64,000 nucleotides of DNA, taken from contig OZ024766.1 in assembly GCA_964016885.1 (NCBI GenBank), positions 6,882,001 to 6,946,000 of the forward strand, given 5' to 3'. Positions 1 to 14,368 of the stretch are shown piece after piece. This stretch comes from Eledone cirrhosa. Taxonomy: Eukaryota. The notes under the pieces are model-generated. The model searched no databases. It saw nothing but the letters and a program-made list of their open reading frames with translations, and was not told the DNA's origin. Numbering within the stretch: the stretch's first letter is position 1; each line of letters starts with the position of its first letter. Both the position numbers and the translations under genes were made by a program.

Positions 1-900
1 TGGTGGTAGTGGTGTTGGTGTAGTGTTGGTGTAATGGTGGTGTAATGGTGGTGGTGGTGTAATAGTGGTGGTGGTGGTGGTAGGGGTGTTGGTGTAGTGG
101 TGTAGGGGTGGTGGTGTAGTGATGGTGTTGGTAGTGGTGATGGTGGTGTTGGTGTTGGTGCTGGTGTAGTGGTGGTGGTGGTGGTGGTGGTGTTGGTGTA
201 GTGGTGGTGTTGGTGGTGGTGGTGATGGTGTAGTGGTGGTGTTGGTGTAGTGGTGGTGTTGGTGTAGTGTTGGTGTAATGGTGTAGTGGTGGTGTTGGTG
301 GTGTTGGTGTAGTGTTGGTGGTGGTGTAGTGGTGGTGGTGGTGTAGTGGTGGTGTTGGTGGTGGTGGTGATGGTGTAGTGGTGGTGTTGGTGTAATGGTG
401 GTGTTAGTGGTGATGGTGTAGTGGTGGTGTTGGTGTAGTGTTGGTGTAGTGGTGGTGATGGTGTAATAGTGGTGGTAGGGGTGTTGGTGTAGTGGTGGTG
501 GTGGTGGTGGTAGGGGTGTTGGTGTAGTGGTGGTGGTGGTGGTGGTGGTAGGGGTGTTGGTGTAGTGGTGGTGGTGGTGGTGGTAGGGGTGTTGGTGTAG
601 TGGTGGTGATGGTGGTAGGGGTGTTGGTGTAGTGGTGGTGGTGTAGTGATGGTGTTGGTAGTGGTGATGGTGCTGGTGTAGTGGTGGTGTTGGTGGTGGT
701 GGTGGTGTTGGTGGTGGTGTTAGTGGTGATGGTGTAGTGGTGGTGTTGGTGTAGTGGTGGTGTTAGTGATGTAGTGGTGGTGGTGTTAGTGTTGGTGTAG
801 TGGTGGTGGTGGTGATGGGCAGTGAATATGGTATGGTGATGGTGGGAAGCAATGATGGTGTTGGTGGTGGGTATGGAATGGTGGTGGTGGTGGTGGTGGA
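1..900. repeat. (GGT)n/(CAC)n-type degenerate microsatellite; also at 2130-3325, 13070-13915, 17288-18075, 50160-50615 and 51795-52845
   Basis: Directly visible trinucleotide-based low complexity. Confidence 0.95.
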
Positions 901-937
901 CAGTAAATAAGGGCAGAAGATATATATATATACATAT

Positions 938-1281
938 CATCATCATCATCATCATCATTTTACATCCGCTTTTCCCTGCTTGCAAGGGTGGGACGGGAAT
1001 TGATTCTGGCTTGATTTCTACAGCTGGATGCCCTTCCTAACACCAACCTCATTTACAGTGAGTGCTGGGTGCTTTTTTTGCCGTGGCACCTCCACGACCA
1101 CTTTACAGTGGAATGATAGGGACCCCAGTCCCTATCATCTCATTTCTACAGCTGAGTAAACTGGAGCAATGTGAAATAAAGTGTCTTGCTCAAGGAAACA
1201 ACACATCACCCGGTCTGAGAATTGAACTCACAACCTTTCGATTGCAAGGCCAACGCTCTAACCACTAAGCCATGTGCCTCC
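938..1281 (-). mobile_element. tRNA-derived SINE, family A (RTE-type 3' tail)
   Basis: Reverse complement of ggaggcacatggcttagtggttagagc...gttcaattc (A/B-box-like)...aggaagggcatccagctgtagaaa...gcaagcagggaaaagcgg...(ATG)n. Confidence 0.85.
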
Positions 1282-1364
1282 ATATATATACAAATATATA
1301 TATAGTTATATATATATAGTTATATATATATTGTTGTATATATACATACATATATATGTAAAGT

Positions 1365-1875
1365 TATGTTGGTCCCACAACATCCAGGCCGAGACAAATG
1401 AGATCGTGTAGGTGTCACGACAAAAAACACACAGTCCACGCTGTAATGTGGCCGTGTAGGCAACACGGTAAAAACCTCCCAGCCCCACACTGTAAATGTG
1501 GTTGGTGTTAGGAAGGGCATCCAGCTGTAGAAAACCCGCCAGACAGTCCACGCTGTAATGTGGCCGTGTAGGCAACACGGTAAAAACCTCCCAGCCCCAC
1601 ACTGTAAATGTGGTTGGTGTTAGGAAGGGCATCCAACTGTAGAAAACCCGCCAGACAGTCCACGCTGTAATGTGGCCGTGTAGGCAACACGGTAAAAACC
1701 TCCCAGCCCCACACTGTAAATGTGGTTGGTGTTAGAAAGGGCATCCAACTGTAGAAAACCTGCCAGACAGTCCTATGCGAGCAAGACAACCACTCTTGCC
1801 TCAAGTGGGAAAACCCCCGTCCAAACCCATGCAAGCGTGGAACACGGACGCTAAACCTGATGATGATGATGATGA
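1365..1875 (+). mobile_element. SINE family B 3' portion with internal triplication; related copies at about 5470-5700 (-) and 12597-12693 (+)
   Basis: Three repeats of cagtccacgctgtaatgtggccgtg...aggaagggcatcca, then the tail gcaagcgtggaacacggacg(ATG)n. Confidence 0.75.
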
Positions 1876-1899
1876 TATATATATTTATGTGTGTGTATA

Positions 1900-1964
<65 letters not shown>

Positions 1965-2003
1965 GTGTATATGTGTGTGTATATATATGTGTATATATAT
2001 ATA

Positions 2004-2044
<41 letters not shown>

Positions 2045-3919
2045 ATATATATGTGTATATATATAATTAGATATATAGATATAAAGTTAGAGAGGGGGGG
2101 TAGGCTGAACATTGGGTGCTACTGTTTATCACCACCACCACTACACCACCATCACCATCACTACACCAACACCACCACCACACCACCATTACACCAACAC
2201 CACCATCACTACACCACCACCACCATCACTACACCACCACCACCACTACACCATCACCACCACACCACCACTACACCATCACCACCACACCACCATCACT
2301 ACCACCACCACCAACACCATCACTACCACCACCACTACACCACCAACACTACCACCACTACACCACCACTACACCACCACTACCACCACCACCACCACCA
2401 ACACCACCACCAACACCACCATCACCATCACTACACCACCACTACACCACCACTACACCACCACTACACCACCACCACCACTACACCATCACCACCACAC
2501 CACCACCACACCACCATCACTACCACCACCACCAACACCATCACTACCACCACTACACCACCACCACCACTACACCATCACCACCACACCACCACCACCA
2601 CACCACCACTACACCACCATCACTACCACCACCACCAACACCATCACTACCACCACTACACCACCACCACCAACACTACCACCACTACACCACCACTACA
2701 CCACCACTACCACCACCACCACCACCACCACCACTACACCACCACCACCATCACTACACCACCACTACACCACCACCACCACCACTACACCAACACCACC
2801 ACCAACACCACCACCAACACCAACACCACCACCAACACCAACACCACCACCACCACTACCACCACCACCACCACCACCACCACTACACCACCACCACCAC
2901 CATCACTACACCACCACTACACCACCACCACCACCACTACACCAACACCACCACCACCAACACCACCACCACCACCACCACTACACCACCACCACCATCA
3001 CTACACCACCACTACACCACCACCACCACCACTACACCACCACCACCACCACCAACACCACCACCACCACCACCACTACACCACCACCACCACCACCAAC
3101 ACCACCACCACCACCACTACACCACCAACACCACCACCACCACCACCACCACCACCACCACTACACCACCACCACCACCACCAACACCACCACCACCACC
3201 AACACCACCACCACCACCACCACTACACCACCACCACCACCACCAACACCACCACCACTACACCACCAACACCACCACCACCACCACCACCACCACCACC
3301 ACCACCATCATCCATCATCATCATCACCTATTTCCTGTTGCATTTTCTTTCCTTTTCTTTTTCCTTCCACCTCCCTCTTTCAACTACTTCACCCCCCACC
3401 ACCAGCCTCCCCTCAAACCCCCTCTCTCTCTCCCCCTCTCTCTCTCCCCCTCTCTCTCTCTCCCCCTCTCTCAATTCTTCTACTGTCTCCTCCCCTCTTC
3501 CTCCCCTCTCTCTTTTTCAACTGCTTCAACCTCATCATCTCCCATCTCCTCCCCCCAGCTTCCTCCTACCCCTCCCCCCTCCAGCTTCCTCCAACCCCTC
3601 CTCCCTCCTCCCCCTCCAGCTTCCTCCCCCCTCCTCCCCCCTCCAGCTTCCTCCTAACCCCCCTCCACCCCCCAGCTCTGTTTCTTTATTTCTGTTATTT
3701 CTAGCACAACCACAACCAGAGAAGGAACTTAGTCTGTCCCTTCTGTGTTAAGGACACACAGACAGACAGACACACAGACAGACAGACAGACAAATGGTGG
3801 GGTTACCACCCTCACCATCAACTCTAGCCCTGCAACAGACACAAGATCAAGATCAGGATCGGACACGGAGATTCCTCCGTCAGCCGAATTTTGACCCCGC
3901 CTGTACCCTAACGACAACA

Positions 3920-4357
3920 ATGACCCCTGCCAAAACAATGATGAAACCCTTAAAAATGACCACCACAGTGACCACGATATTGATGATGGCAGTTGTTTTC
4001 CTGATGGAAACGTTTGGCGGCGCCAGCGCCGTCGAGGGCCAAGTTCGGGTCCTAACGCCACCCTATTTCAACCTGGCTTTCGGAAAGAACATCGACGCTT
4101 CGTCCACATGCGGGGTGAATTCTTCGTCCCCGGAGCTTTTCTGCAGACTGACCGGCGTGGCCGGAGACACCAAAGAGAGCGACCTCAGGATAACCATTAA
4201 CTCGGGACAGCTGTGTGAGGAATGTGACCCCAGCGTCGAATCGCTGTCTCATCACGCCGGACTGGCTATAGACGGGACCGAAAGATGGTGGCAGAGTCCC
4301 CCTCTCTCGCGAGGAATGGAATATAACGAAGTAAACGTTACCATTGATTTAGAACAG
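3920..4357 (+). CDS. LanA: Laminin alpha (alpha-3/5 type) exon 1: signal peptide and start of LN domain
   Basis: Hydrophobic leader, then [25 protein letters not shown]...ELFCRLTG...[31 protein letters not shown]. Donor CAG|gtcagt, phase 0. The start ATG is uncertain (in-frame ATGs at 3794, 3920, 3938, 3956). Confidence 0.92.
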
Positions 4358-4595
4358 GTCAGTTTGTTTATATAGCCCCTTTTTTTTAAATCATAATTTT
4401 TTTTTTAAAGCTGAATTTTTATATTCTCTTTTACTCTTTTACCTGTTTCAGCCATCTGGCTGAGGCCATGCTGGGGCCCCGCATATATCTTTATTTTTAA
4501 TTTCATTTGCACCGTTTCCTCTCACCCCCTTTTTGCTATATGTCTCTCCACCACTCCCCTACACACCCTTTGAACTCTCTTCCCACACACTTTTC

Positions 4596-4627
4596 ACCTG
4601 AAGAAGGGCTTATGCCCGAAACGTCGT
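4596..4627 (+). ncRNA. Minimal type I hammerhead ribozyme motif
   Basis: CUGAAGA-A-GGGC(UUAU)GCCC-GAAA-CG-UC, with palindromic helix III (ACGU). Helix I is weak (2 bp). AATAAA at about 4664 and (TA)n at about 4717. Confidence 0.7.
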
Positions 4628-4712
4628 TCCCCACCGCCACCCCACTCTCAAGAGCGTGAAATTAATAAACCTTTGTTCGTACTGCCTCTCTGTTTTGTTC
4701 CTGTTCAATTTT

Positions 4713-4754
<42 letters not shown>

Positions 4755-4902
4755 AAAAAGTATGACCCCGACGGCAGAGCTCAAGACGTTTCGACGGCTA
4801 TTTCTGGACTAATTACTCTACTAATTTACCCACTCTACTACCCTAAGTATTGAGTACTCTGGTGCGTTATGGTCCATCTGGTTCCTTACCACACTTCCAT
4901 TG

Positions 4903-4936
<34 letters not shown>

Positions 4937-4999
4937 CTGTAGTTTAATTTTGCACGTGTGTGTGTGTGTATATATATGTATATATATATATATATATCA

Positions 5000-5460
5000 A
5001 AGGGCAAAGGAGCTCTTAAGAGTCAATGGCCATCCAAAATCACCGGGAGAGATGACCCCTTAGCCTTTGTCAAGGCAGAATTCTAGGAGAAGGAAAACTC
5101 TGATATAACACCTGCGACTCTGATGGTATCCAATGATGTTGACTTGTTCTTCTTTTTGGTAAATATCATCTTGGTTAAGAGAGTGGGACTGGCTTTGTGC
5201 AGTGCCTTTGCTCACTATAAAAGCTTCACGGCACAGGCATTGCTTTATATCTGGAGATCTCTCTGCACTTGTCGTCACATGGTACCATGGGCCCAGCACT
5301 ATGTGTCAATAATGGTCACAAGTCTAGTCTTTGTGCCAGAGTTTTCAAGTCGCTGGCTGGACTAAAAAGTCACACCCGTTCGGCGCATCGGTAGGGGTTC
5401 TCCTATATGGATATAAAGTAGTGGCCGTACTCGAAAACGAGTTGGCAGCCACCACCATAT
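5000..5460 (+). mobile_element. Internally deleted RTE-like LINE relic
   Basis: RTE-5'UTR-like ggagaaggaaaactctga at about 5086. 5317-5394 encodes HKSSLCARVFKSLAGLKSHTRSAHR*, which resembles a degenerate terminal C2H2 finger. Confidence 0.5.
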
Positions 5461-5719
5461 ATATATATATATCATCATCATCATCATCATCAACGTTTAA
5501 CGTCCGTGTTCCACGCTTGCATGGGTTTGGACGGGGGTTTTCCCACTTGAGGCAAGAGTGATTGTCTTGCTCGCATAGGACTGTCTGGCAGGTTTTCTAC
5601 AGTTGGATGCCCTTCCTAACACCAACCACATTTACAGTGTGGGTCTGGGAGGTTTTTACCGTGTTGCCTACACGGCCACATTACAGCGTGGACTGTGTGT
5701 TTTTTTATATATATATATG

Positions 5720-5767
<48 letters not shown>

Positions 5768-5849
5768 AAAGGTAAACAAATAACAACACAATCAGTACAG
5801 TATATGAAAGGAATATATTAGGTTAACGCTTGATATAGCAGGAAGAGGG

Positions 5850-5885
5850 TCTTAACGTTTCGGAGGCTAGTCCTTCATCAGAAGA
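5850..5885 (-). ncRNA. Minimal type I hammerhead ribozyme motif
   Basis: ucuu-CUGAUGA-A-GGA(CUAGCC)UCC-GAAA-CG-UU-aaga. Helix I is UCUU/AAGA and helix III is palindromic. Confidence 0.8.
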
Positions 5886-6873
5886 AGAAATGAAATAGAT
5901 TGAGGGGACGGGCGGGGTGGAATTGGAAAAAATGTCTTTAGAGAAAAATAACAGGTCCATTCATGTTGACATCTCTTGCAAAACTGTTGAAGAAGCCCCT
6001 GGTTCTCTGATACAAAACTATTTATTTTAAAGTGTTTATATTTATCTAAAAACCTTCCATCATAATTTTATGTAAGAACCGTTGTTAAGTTATGTTCCAA
6101 ACACCAACAGTGTCTTTCATTAGAAATATGGCAATGAAAGGGTTAAAGTGTTTATATTTATCTAAAAACCTTCCATCATAATTTTATGTAAGAACCTCTG
6201 TTAAGTTATGTTCCAAACACCAACGTTGTCTTTCATTAGAAATATGGTAACCTTTGTTAAGTTATATTCCAAACACCATCTTAAAGTGTTTATATTTATT
6301 TAAAAACCTTCCATCATAATTTTATGTAAGAACCGTTGTTAAGTTATGTTCCAAACACCAATAGTGTCTTTCATTAGAAATATGGTAACCTTTGTTAAGT
6401 TATGTTCCAAACACCCCTGGTTCTATGATACAAAACTATTTATTTTAAAGTGTCTTTATTTATCTAAAAACCTTCCATCATAATTTCATGTAAGAACCTT
6501 TGTTAAGTTATGTTCCAAACAACATCAAAAAATTGATGAACTTTAATACAAAATTGGAGAAGAATTAAAAAAAGCTTGGAGAGAATCAATTGAAATAGTG
6601 GCTGTTTTTTCTCCCACTTCAAATTTACACCACCATACCATCACTACACACCACCACCCCACTAGGGCATATATCTAGGATGGTGATGATGATGATAGCC
6701 AGTAGGATCTGATGTCAAATTAAAATCAAATGTTGGATTTTCTTCCATCTTTCTTTGCTCAAAATTTGAGCAAGAAAGATGGAAGAAAATTTACTCCAAC
6801 ATTTGATTTTGATTTTAAATCCTTAGTTTTTAAATCCTATTAATTCTTTTTAATTTTTATTTCAATACTCAAC

Positions 6874-6915
6874 ATTTGATAAGATGAATTTTAATAATAC
6901 ATCGAAACCTGTAAT
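6874..6915 (+). ncRNA. Possible degenerate hammerhead, U3-A8 variant
   Basis: UUGAUAA-GAUG...CAUC-GAAA-CCUG-UA. Helix II is present, but helix I is only 2 bp. Confidence 0.4.
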
Positions 6916-6964
6916 ACTTTATATACACTATATACACTACATACTTTATATACATTATATACAT

Positions 6965-7637
6965 CAGCTTTGCAATCGAAAGGTTGTGAGTTCAATTCTC
7001 AGACCGGGTGATGTGTTGTTTCCTTGAGCAAGACACTTTATTTCACATTGCTCCAGTTTATATACATTTATATACATTATATACATCAGCTTTGCAATCG
7101 AAAGGTTGTGAGTTCAATTCTCAGACCGGGTGATGTGTTGTTTCTTTGAGCAAGACACTTTATTTCACATTGCTCCAGTTTACTCAGCTGTAGAAATGAG
7201 ATGATAGGGACTGGGGTCCCTATCATTCCACTGCAAAGTGGACGTGGAGGTGCCATGGCAAAAAAGCACCCAGCACTCACTGTAAAGTGGACGTGGAGGT
7301 GCCACAGCAAAAAAAGCACCCAGCACTCACTGTAAAGTGGTCGTAGAGGTGCCATGGCAAAAAAGCACCCAGCCCACACTGTAAAGTGGACGTGGAGGTG
7401 CCATGGCAAAGAAAACACCCAGCCCACACTGTAAAGTGGACGTGGAGGTGCCATGGCAAAGAAAGCACCCAGCCCACACTGTAAAGTGGGCGTGGAGGTG
7501 CCATGGCAAAAAAGCCCCCAGCACTTACTGTAAATGAGGTTGGTGTTAGGAAGGTCATCCAGCTGTAGAAATCAAGCCAGAATCAGTTCCCGTCCCACCC
7601 TTGCAAGCAGGGAAAAGCGGACGTTTGATGATGATGA
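6965..7637 (+). mobile_element. SINE family A with duplicated 5' part and short 49-50 bp internal array
   Basis: Same body as 33935-34270, with a repeated gtggaggtgcc...cacccagcccacactgtaaag unit. Confidence 0.8.
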
Positions 7638-7820
7638 TACATTATAAAACTTTTTTTTAAAAGAATTGTCCCTCTCAGTTTTTCAATAATGTCACTTTGA
7701 CAAATCAAAGAAAGAAAAAAAAAAGAAAAACAGGCCCTTAAATATATTCTCCGTGCTATTTCCAGCTTCACCTTTTTTCTATAACCACTGTTTCGTATAG
7801 AACCTTACTTCTCTTTTCTA

Positions 7821-7851
<31 letters not shown>

Positions 7852-8334
7852 ACGAAGGAAATGTGATAAGGAACGAGGTGGACCATAACACACCAGAGTA
7901 CTCAATACTTAGGGTAGTAGAGTGGGTAATAAGAAAATGTTCAAGACCACGATGGCAGAGCTCAAGCCATTTCAACGGCTATTTCTGGACTAAATTGTCC
8001 AGAAATAGCCGTCGAAACGGCTTGAGCTCTGCCGTCGGGGTCTTGAACATTTTCCTATATACGAGCAAGACAACCAATCTTGCCTCAAGTGGGAAAAATT
8101 CCCGTCCAAACCCATGCTAGCGTGGAAGATGGACGTTAAACAACAATGATGATGATTATATATATATACATGTAGAAGTTCTATTTAATTTGTTGGGATA
8201 CAACAAACAAATATTTTTATAACTGATATTAAGCACTCAACAAATTTGCATAATAGACCAATAATAAAATGAGTAACCCCACTATATATAATATATATAT
8301 ATATATTAAGGGAACAAAGAATATATATATATAT

Positions 8335-8365
<31 letters not shown>

Positions 8366-8431
8366 ATATATATATCTATATATTAAGGGAACAAAGAATA
8401 TATATATATACACACATATATATATATATAT

Positions 8432-8469
<38 letters not shown>

Positions 8470-8609
8470 TAATATATATATCTATATATTACGGGAACAA
8501 AGAATATATATATATACACACATATATATATATATATAATATATATAATATATATATCTATATATTAAGGGAACAAAGAATATATATATATACACACACA
8601 TATATATAT

Positions 8610-8641
<32 letters not shown>

Positions 8642-8865
8642 TAAGGGAACAAAAAATATATATATATACACACACATATATATATATATATACACACATA
8701 TATATATATACACATATATATATATATACACACAAGCAAATATTTTTATAACTGATATTAAGCACTCAACAAATTTGCATATTAGACCAATAATAAAATT
8801 AGTAACCCCACTATATATAATATATATATATATATATTAAGGGAACAAAGAATATATATAGATAT

Positions 8866-8917
<52 letters not shown>

Positions 8918-8950
8918 TATCTATATATTAAGGGAACAAAGAATATATAT

Positions 8951-9010
<60 letters not shown>

Positions 9011-9092
9011 TAATATATATATCTATATATTAAGGGAACAAAGAATATATATATATACACACATATATATATATACACATATATATATATAT

Positions 9093-9159
<67 letters not shown>

Positions 9160-9704
9160 CTAATATATATATCTATATATTAAGGGAACAAAGAATATAT
9201 ATATATACACACATATATATATATACACATATATATATATATACACACATATATATATATATATATATATAATATATATAATATATATATCTATATATTA
9301 AGGGAACAAAGAATATATATATACACACATATATATATATATATACACACAAGCAAATATTTTTATAACTGATATAAAGCACTCAACAAATTTGCATAAT
9401 AGACCAATAATAAAATTAGTAACCCCACTATCTGGGAGTTTCCAACCAACATGGTCCCATTCTCCCCTCTTTTACTGTCCAATATCAACACCACTGCCAA
9501 TAGCACCAGGTACCCCTACTACCACCACCACCACCACCACCATCTCAGCTTCACCACCACCACCACCTCAGCTTCACCACCACCACCACCCTGGGTCTCT
9601 ATGGGAACCACTCCCTTCTAGAAAATTTAGTTCAGGTCATGAGAGAATAAGTTTAGTTTTTGGGGGGTATTGAATATCTTCAGAAGTCTTTAGAAAGTTC
9701 TTCA

Positions 9705-9755
<51 letters not shown>

Positions 9756-9884
9756 TTCTCTCTCTCTCTCTCTCTGCCTCTGCCTCTATCTCTGTTCTTT
9801 CCTCTCTCTCTCTCTCTCTCTCTCTGTTATTTTCCCCTCTCTCTCTCTGTTCTTTTCCTCTCTGCCTCTATCTCTGTTCTTTTC

Positions 9885-9933
<49 letters not shown>

Positions 9934-9943
9934 TCTTTCTCTT

Positions 9944-10101
<158 letters not shown>

Positions 10102-11224
10102 TCTCTCTCTATCTCTGTTCTTTTCCTCTCTCTCTCTCTCTGCCTTTATCTCTGTTCTTTTCCTCTCTCTCTATATATATATATATATTTCTCTCTCTCT
10201 CTTCCTCATTTTTCTCTCTTACTCTCTCTCTGCCTCTATCTCTGTCCTTTTCCTCTCTCTCTCTCTTACTCTCTATTACTCTCTCTCTCACTCATTGTCT
10301 CTCTCTCTCTCTTACTCTCTATTACTCTCTCTCTCACTCATTGTCTCTCTCTCTTACTCATTTCTCTCTATCTCTGTCCTTTTCCTCTCTCTCTCTCTCA
10401 CTATCCTTTCCCTCTCTCTCTCTCTCACTATCCTTTCCCTCTCTCTCTCTCTCTCACTATCCTTTCCCTCTCTCTCTCTCTCTCACTATCCTTTCCCTCT
10501 CTCTCTCTCTCACTATCCTTTCCCTCTCTCTCTCTCTCTCACTATCCTTTCCCTCTCTCTCTCTCTCTCACTATCCTTTCCCTCTCTCTCTCTCTCACTA
10601 TCCTTTCCCTCTCTCTCTCTCTCACTATCCTTTCCCTCTCTCTCTCTCTCACTATCCTTTCCCTCTCTCTCTCTCTCACTATCCTTTCCCTCTCTCTCTC
10701 TCTCTCACTATCCTTTCCCTCTCTCTCTCTCTCTCACTATCCTTTCCCTCTCTCTCTCTCTCTCACTATCCTTTCCCTCTCTCTCTCTCTCTCACTATCC
10801 TTTCCCTCTCTCTCTCTCTCTCACTATCCTTTCCCTCTCTCTCTCTCTCACTATCCTTTCCCTCTCTCTCTCTCTCACTATCCTTTCCCTCTCTCTCTCT
10901 CTCACTATCCTTTCCCTCTCTCTCTCTCTCACTATCCTTTCCCTCTCTCTCTCTCTCACTATCCTTTCCTCTCTCTCTCTCTCACTATCCTTTCCCTCTC
11001 TCTCTCTCTCACTATCCTTTCCCTCTCTCTCTCTCTCACTATCCTTTCCCTCTCTCTCTCTCTCTCACTATCCTTTCCCTTCAATTCTGCTGAGATTTGC
11101 AGGAATGGTGAGAAATTGGTGAAGGGAAGGATGACTTGAGTAATTTAGGCTCTCTGTGAATATATATATATGTGTATATATATATATATGTGTGTATATA
11201 TATATATATGTGTGTATATATATA

Positions 11225-11255
<31 letters not shown>

Positions 11256-11287
11256 GTGTGTGTCTATATATATTCTTTGTTCCCTTA

Positions 11288-11323
<36 letters not shown>

Positions 11324-11364
11324 ATATATCTATATATATTCTTTGTTCCCTTAATATATAGGTA

Positions 11365-11422
<58 letters not shown>

Positions 11423-11510
11423 ATATTGGGTCTGTCAAGTATAAAATTTGTAGAAATTTGTTTTTTTTCTACAAATTTTATACTTGGGAACCCAATATAT
11501 ATATATTTGT

Positions 11511-11592
<82 letters not shown>

Positions 11593-11711
11593 AATTTAGA
11601 CAAAGAGATTATATTTCCATATACATACCACACACACACATATATATATATACATATATATGTATATATATATATATACATATATATGTATATATATATA
11701 TATATACATAT

Positions 11712-11767
<56 letters not shown>

Positions 11768-12122
11768 GCATATATATATATATGTGTGTGTGTGTCTCCC
11801 CATTCCTAGTTTCGGGTCTGACCTTCTTTTGGTAGGGTATATGTCTCTCACACAGACATATACCTACATACATATATGTCTGTGTGTGTATGTATGTGTG
11901 TGTATGTGTGTCTGTGTGTGTGTATATATGTATATATGCGTATGTGTGTCTGTGTGTATGTGTATGTGTGTGTGTATGTATGTGTGTGTGTGGCAGTGTT
12001 GCTTCTGTATAAACAACCAATCTCTCCACACTTTTCACACAGATAGTCACAGCCAACTCATGACAGACAGACAGATATATATATATATCTAGAGAGAGAG
12101 AGAGACATATACAGTATATAGA

Positions 12123-12155
<33 letters not shown>

Positions 12156-12158
<3 letters not shown>

Positions 12159-12206
12159 TTCCTGATGATTTCTAAAGAATGAAACAGTTCTAGTCCTGTA
12201 GAATCT
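12156..12206 (+). ncRNA. Type I hammerhead ribozyme motif with looped helix III
   Basis: agauuc-CUGAUGA-UUUCUAAAGAAU-GAAA-CAG(UUCUAGUC)CUG-UA-gaaucu. Helix I is 6 bp. Predicted cleavage is after 12200. Confidence 0.82.
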
Positions 12207-12288
12207 CATCTATATTAAAACTTTTATACTCTGCAATGTATTGAGTACCTTACTTACTGTGGTTACCTCCGATTCAACCCGAATAACG

Positions 12289-12319
<31 letters not shown>

Positions 12320-12690
12320 GTCTCTCTCTCTATATATATATATATAGACATATACAGTATATATATATATAGACATATACAGTATATATATATATAGAGA
12401 GAGAGAGACATATATATATATATAGACATATATATATATATATAAAGACATATATATATATATATAGACATATATATATATATATATAAAGACATATATA
12501 TATATAGACACACACATATATATATATATATATAGACATATATATATATATATATAGACATATATAGACATATATATAGACATACACACACATATATGCG
12601 AGCAAGACAACCACTCTTGCCTCAAGTGGGAAAACCCCCGTCCAAACCCATGCAAGCGTGGAACACGGACGCTAAACCTGATGATGATGA

Positions 12691-12745
<55 letters not shown>

Positions 12746-12794
12746 GACATAAATATACATTTATATGTATATATAGACACATATACACTTTGAC

Positions 12795-12825
<31 letters not shown>

Positions 12826-12945
12826 AGTGTGAGTTTGTGTGTATATATATATATATATATTTACATACATACACACAAACTCACATTTCTCTCTCTATAT
12901 ATATACACCCACATTCACACATACATATATATATACACACACACA

Positions 12946-13024
12946 CAGGGTGTCCCTCAAAAATGCATATACACCTCAACAACATTCTAATGAATGTATG
13001 TATACATTTTTGTGGGACACCATA
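12946..13024. mobile_element. Tiny Tc1/mariner-type MITE relic
   Basis: Imperfect terminal inverted repeats cagggtgtccctcaaaaatgcatatac / gtatacatttttgtgggacaccata. Confidence 0.5.
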
Positions 13025-14250
13025 TATATATATATATATCTGTCTCACCCTTTCTTGCTTGACATTTATCACACACCACCACCACTATCACCCCCACACA
13101 CACACACACCCCACACACACCACCACCACCACCACACCCCACACCACCACCACTACACCACCAGCGCCACCACACCACCACTACACCACCACCACCACAC
13201 CACCACTACACCACCACTACTACACCACTACACCACCACTATCACCCACCACCACCACACCACCACACCACCACTACACCACTACACCACCACCACCACG
13301 ACACCACGACACCACCACCACACCACCACACCACCACTACACCACTACACCACCACCACCACGACACCACGACACCACCACCACTACACCACCACCACCA
13401 CACCACCACTACACCACCACACCACCACTACACCACCACCACCACACCACCACCACCACTACACCACCACTACTACACCACTACACCACCACTATCACCC
13501 ACCACCACCACTACACCACTACACCACCACCACCACCACACCACCACCACACCACCACTACACCACCACCACCACCACACCACCACCACTACACCACCAC
13601 TACACCACCACCACCACCACACCACCACCACACCACGACCACCACCACACCACCACCACCACCACACCACCACTACACCACCACACCACCACCACCACAC
13701 CACCACCACTACACCACCACACCACCACACCACCACACCACCACCACACCACCACCACACCACCACCACACCACCACCACCACTACACCACCACACCACC
13801 ACCACCACACCACCACCACTACACCACCACACCACCACACCACCACCACACCACCACCACACCACCACACCACCACCACTACACCACCACACCACCACAC
13901 CACCACTACATCACCATCTGTTAAATCAGAACTCATTTCACAGTAATTTTATAATTATATGTTAATTAAAATTGTTGCTAATTACGTGTGTTTAATTGTC
14001 TCTGTGTGTGTATGTGTGTGTCTGCGTGTGTAATTTTGTGTGTGTATATATATATGTGTGTGTGTGTATATATATATATGTGTGTGTGTATATATATATG
14101 TGTGTGTGTGTGTATATATATATATGTATATATATGTGTGTGTGTATATATATATATATATATGTGTGTGTGTATATATATATGTGTGTGTGTATATATA
14201 TATATATATATGTGTGTGTATATATATATATATATGTGTGTGTGTCTGTG

Positions 14251-14305
<55 letters not shown>

Positions 14306-14336
14306 GTGTGTGTGTGTGTATATATATGTGTGTGTG

Positions 14337-14368
<32 letters not shown>

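Noticed and set aside
1855-1875. CTGATGA at SINE tails (also 12678) and inside exon 2 (21018)
   Set aside because: These are parts of (TGA)n tails or Asp codons, with no supporting helices.
1775-3751. Long His/Thr/Pro-rich ORFs, and similar Ile/Tyr or Ser/Leu ORFs throughout the track
   Set aside because: They are translations of (CAC)n, (TA)n and (CT)n microsatellites, often open in several frames, with no domain signal.
3794-3919. Upstream in-frame ATG extension of exon 1
   Set aside because: The extension is hydrophilic and would displace the signal peptide. It is more likely 5' UTR, but this cannot be settled without transcript data.
11798-11840. Minus-strand AGGUCAGACCC-GAAA-CUAG motif
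   Set aside because: The core (CAAAAGA) and the cleavage triplet are both non-canonical.
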